From NCBI RefSeq assembly GCF_009914755.1, contig NC_060926.1: a stretch of DNA of 64,000 nt. One strand, given 5' to 3'. Within the stretch, counting starts at the first letter, position 1. Every line of letters begins with the position of its first letter. Below are positions 62,223 to 64,000 of the stretch, one piece after another. This DNA comes from the human T2T-CHM13v2.0 reference genome, Homo sapiens. The notes below the pieces were generated by a model, which worked only from the letters and a program-made list of their open reading frames with translations, had not been told where the DNA came from and did no database searches. A program made the position numbers and the translations under genes.

Positions 62223-64000
62223 CAGACCAAGATTGCTACCTCACCCAGGATTATGTCTTCTCTTTTGGGCAGCCCTCATCCAGTGACTGGACAATGTATA
62301 GAATAAAGGCCCAGCCCCCTTGCCTCCGGGTGGGACTACTCAGAAGGACCATCCTATCTTTAGACCTTCTTCCTATCAATTCTTACCTGGGCCCTGACTT
62401 GATCCCCTTCCCAGCCAAATCCAATTGCCAAGCACTCAGTGCAGCTGTGTCAGAGTCCAGTGACAGGAAAATTTACAGCATCCAGATAAATCTAATTACC
62501 TTAAAGAAGATAACGCCACCTTATCATGTCCTCCCTGGTGGTTTCTAATGTCTCCTGGGTACCCAGGATTGGGGCTTGGGCCCCTCTTCTTTTTTCTTTT
62601 GAGTTTAATGACACAGATGGCCTTGGAAGGAGCCAATTTGTCCAGTTTAATTTTTGTTAACTAATCCTCAAAGTAATGTTACCTGGAGAGCTTCAGTCAG
62701 GTGGGCTCTAGTGTCCCCCTTTAAGAAAATAGAAGATTTGTTTTGTATGTTATATATATTAAAAATTTTAAAAAAATCTGGAAATCCTTGCTTATAAAAA
62801 CCTATCAATTGGGAGACATATGCACTATCAAATATTTCTTTGTTCTATAGATGGATTTACTGCAGGGTTGCTTTAAATAGCAAACTCCCTGGGTGAATGG
62901 AAAATAGAGTTCAATTGACACACTCTCTCTTTTTAAGGACAGGTATTGCATAAAGCAAATTATAACTGTAGGTTTCTCACCTCCCCTTGGTTTTTCAGAG
63001 CTTGAATACAAGATGTTTCCCAGGGCAGGGAAGCCTTCTGATGCCCTCAGGCTGAGGAGGTGCAGAGGGAGAGAAGAGCCAGGGAAGAAATGCAGCACCA
63101 ATCTGGAGTCTCCAAAGACTGTATAGGCTCTTTGGTCACTTGCCAGAGCTTTTACTTTTCCTTCTGCCCAACACATGGCAGAAGTGAAGTGTTTTTATTC
63201 ACTACCTTCTAATTGTTGTTAAAAATGCCAACTATATTATTGATTTAAGAAAGCTACAAACATCCATTCATTTTCCACAGATAATGAGTTTATTGCTAGA
63301 GCTACATCCTGAATTCTAAAACACTACAAAATCAGATGAAGGGAAAAAAGAGAGAAATCAGAGAGTTAAAGCTTTTTTGCCTAATGAACTTGTTGAAATG
63401 GGAAGAGGTTTATTTAATTATTTAAATTCAAAAGAATTTGGTGTTTTTGTATTTATTAAGATCTTGTTCTACACTTAACAGTGTCTTAAGAAGTTCTGTG
63501 TTCTTTTCAAAGCTGCTCACAATGATAATAAACTTGCTTTCATCTTAGAATAAAATAAAAATAGCTTTCCTCTTTTGAAATGATTTTAAATCTTTGAGCT
63601 GTCAAAGGCATCGGACTATTTGGTGGCTTCATTACAGGGAATGTCTTCACTTATTGGCCTATTGTCTTCAGCATTTACCTAGAGGGAGCTGAGGCTTCAG
63701 TGTTAACTGAAATATGAAGTCAGTATAGATGAACATCCAATATGTTACGCTTTACACCAGAAAACTTTGGAACAGTCTTTAAAAATACATCCAGGTGGTT
63801 TTGATTATTGTTGATTGCTCCCTGCAGTTACTGTACTAGGCTCAAGGAGTCAGAGTGAAAGGGTTGCTTACAAGTCATTTGGTCCAACCCCTCACTTTAC
63901 AGAGAAAGAATCTTAGGAAAAGAGAAATGACTTTTTTGAAACCACATGGCAATTCAGAGGCAGATCTGGACTAAAGCATTGGTTTCTTCCTTCCTGGCTT

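Overview
Human/primate genomic DNA that I recognise as the GTF2A1L / LHCGR locus (chr2p16.3, from recall). The + strand carries the last coding exon and 3' end of GTF2A1L (ALF, TFIIA alpha/beta-like; also the end of STON1-GTF2A1L) at 5363-~5630. The - strand carries LHCGR exons 2-11 (57325 down to the stop at 13729, 3'UTR to ~12810); exon 1 is beyond the right edge. I mapped all splice junctions by hand: all are GT-AG and phase 2. Things the ORF track misses: (i) cryptic LHCGR exon 6A (acceptor before 47806, stop 47713, internal donors after 47648 and 47600); (ii) a cryptic acceptor 266 nt into exon 11; (iii) a + strand terminal exon at 58920-~59180 (AFPRRTSFNT*, two AATAAA) that fits an alternative GTF2A1L last exon, so that isoform would transcribe antisense across LHCGR exons 2-11; (iv) a non-transposon ~400-bp inverted duplication in intron 6 whose inserted arm is bracketed by an 85-bp direct repeat (template-switch signature); (v) the N312S site in exon 10, one base from a consensus 5' splice site. 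The rest is typical primate repeat content: a near-full-length L1PA with an in-frame ORF2 deletion, a 5'-inverted L1, Alus, MIR/L2, MaLR LTRs, hAT MITEs, microsatellites and a degenerate ~38-bp minisatellite. I saw no CRISPR, rRNA or tRNA. Repeat family names are from recalled consensus sequences and their boundaries are approximate.
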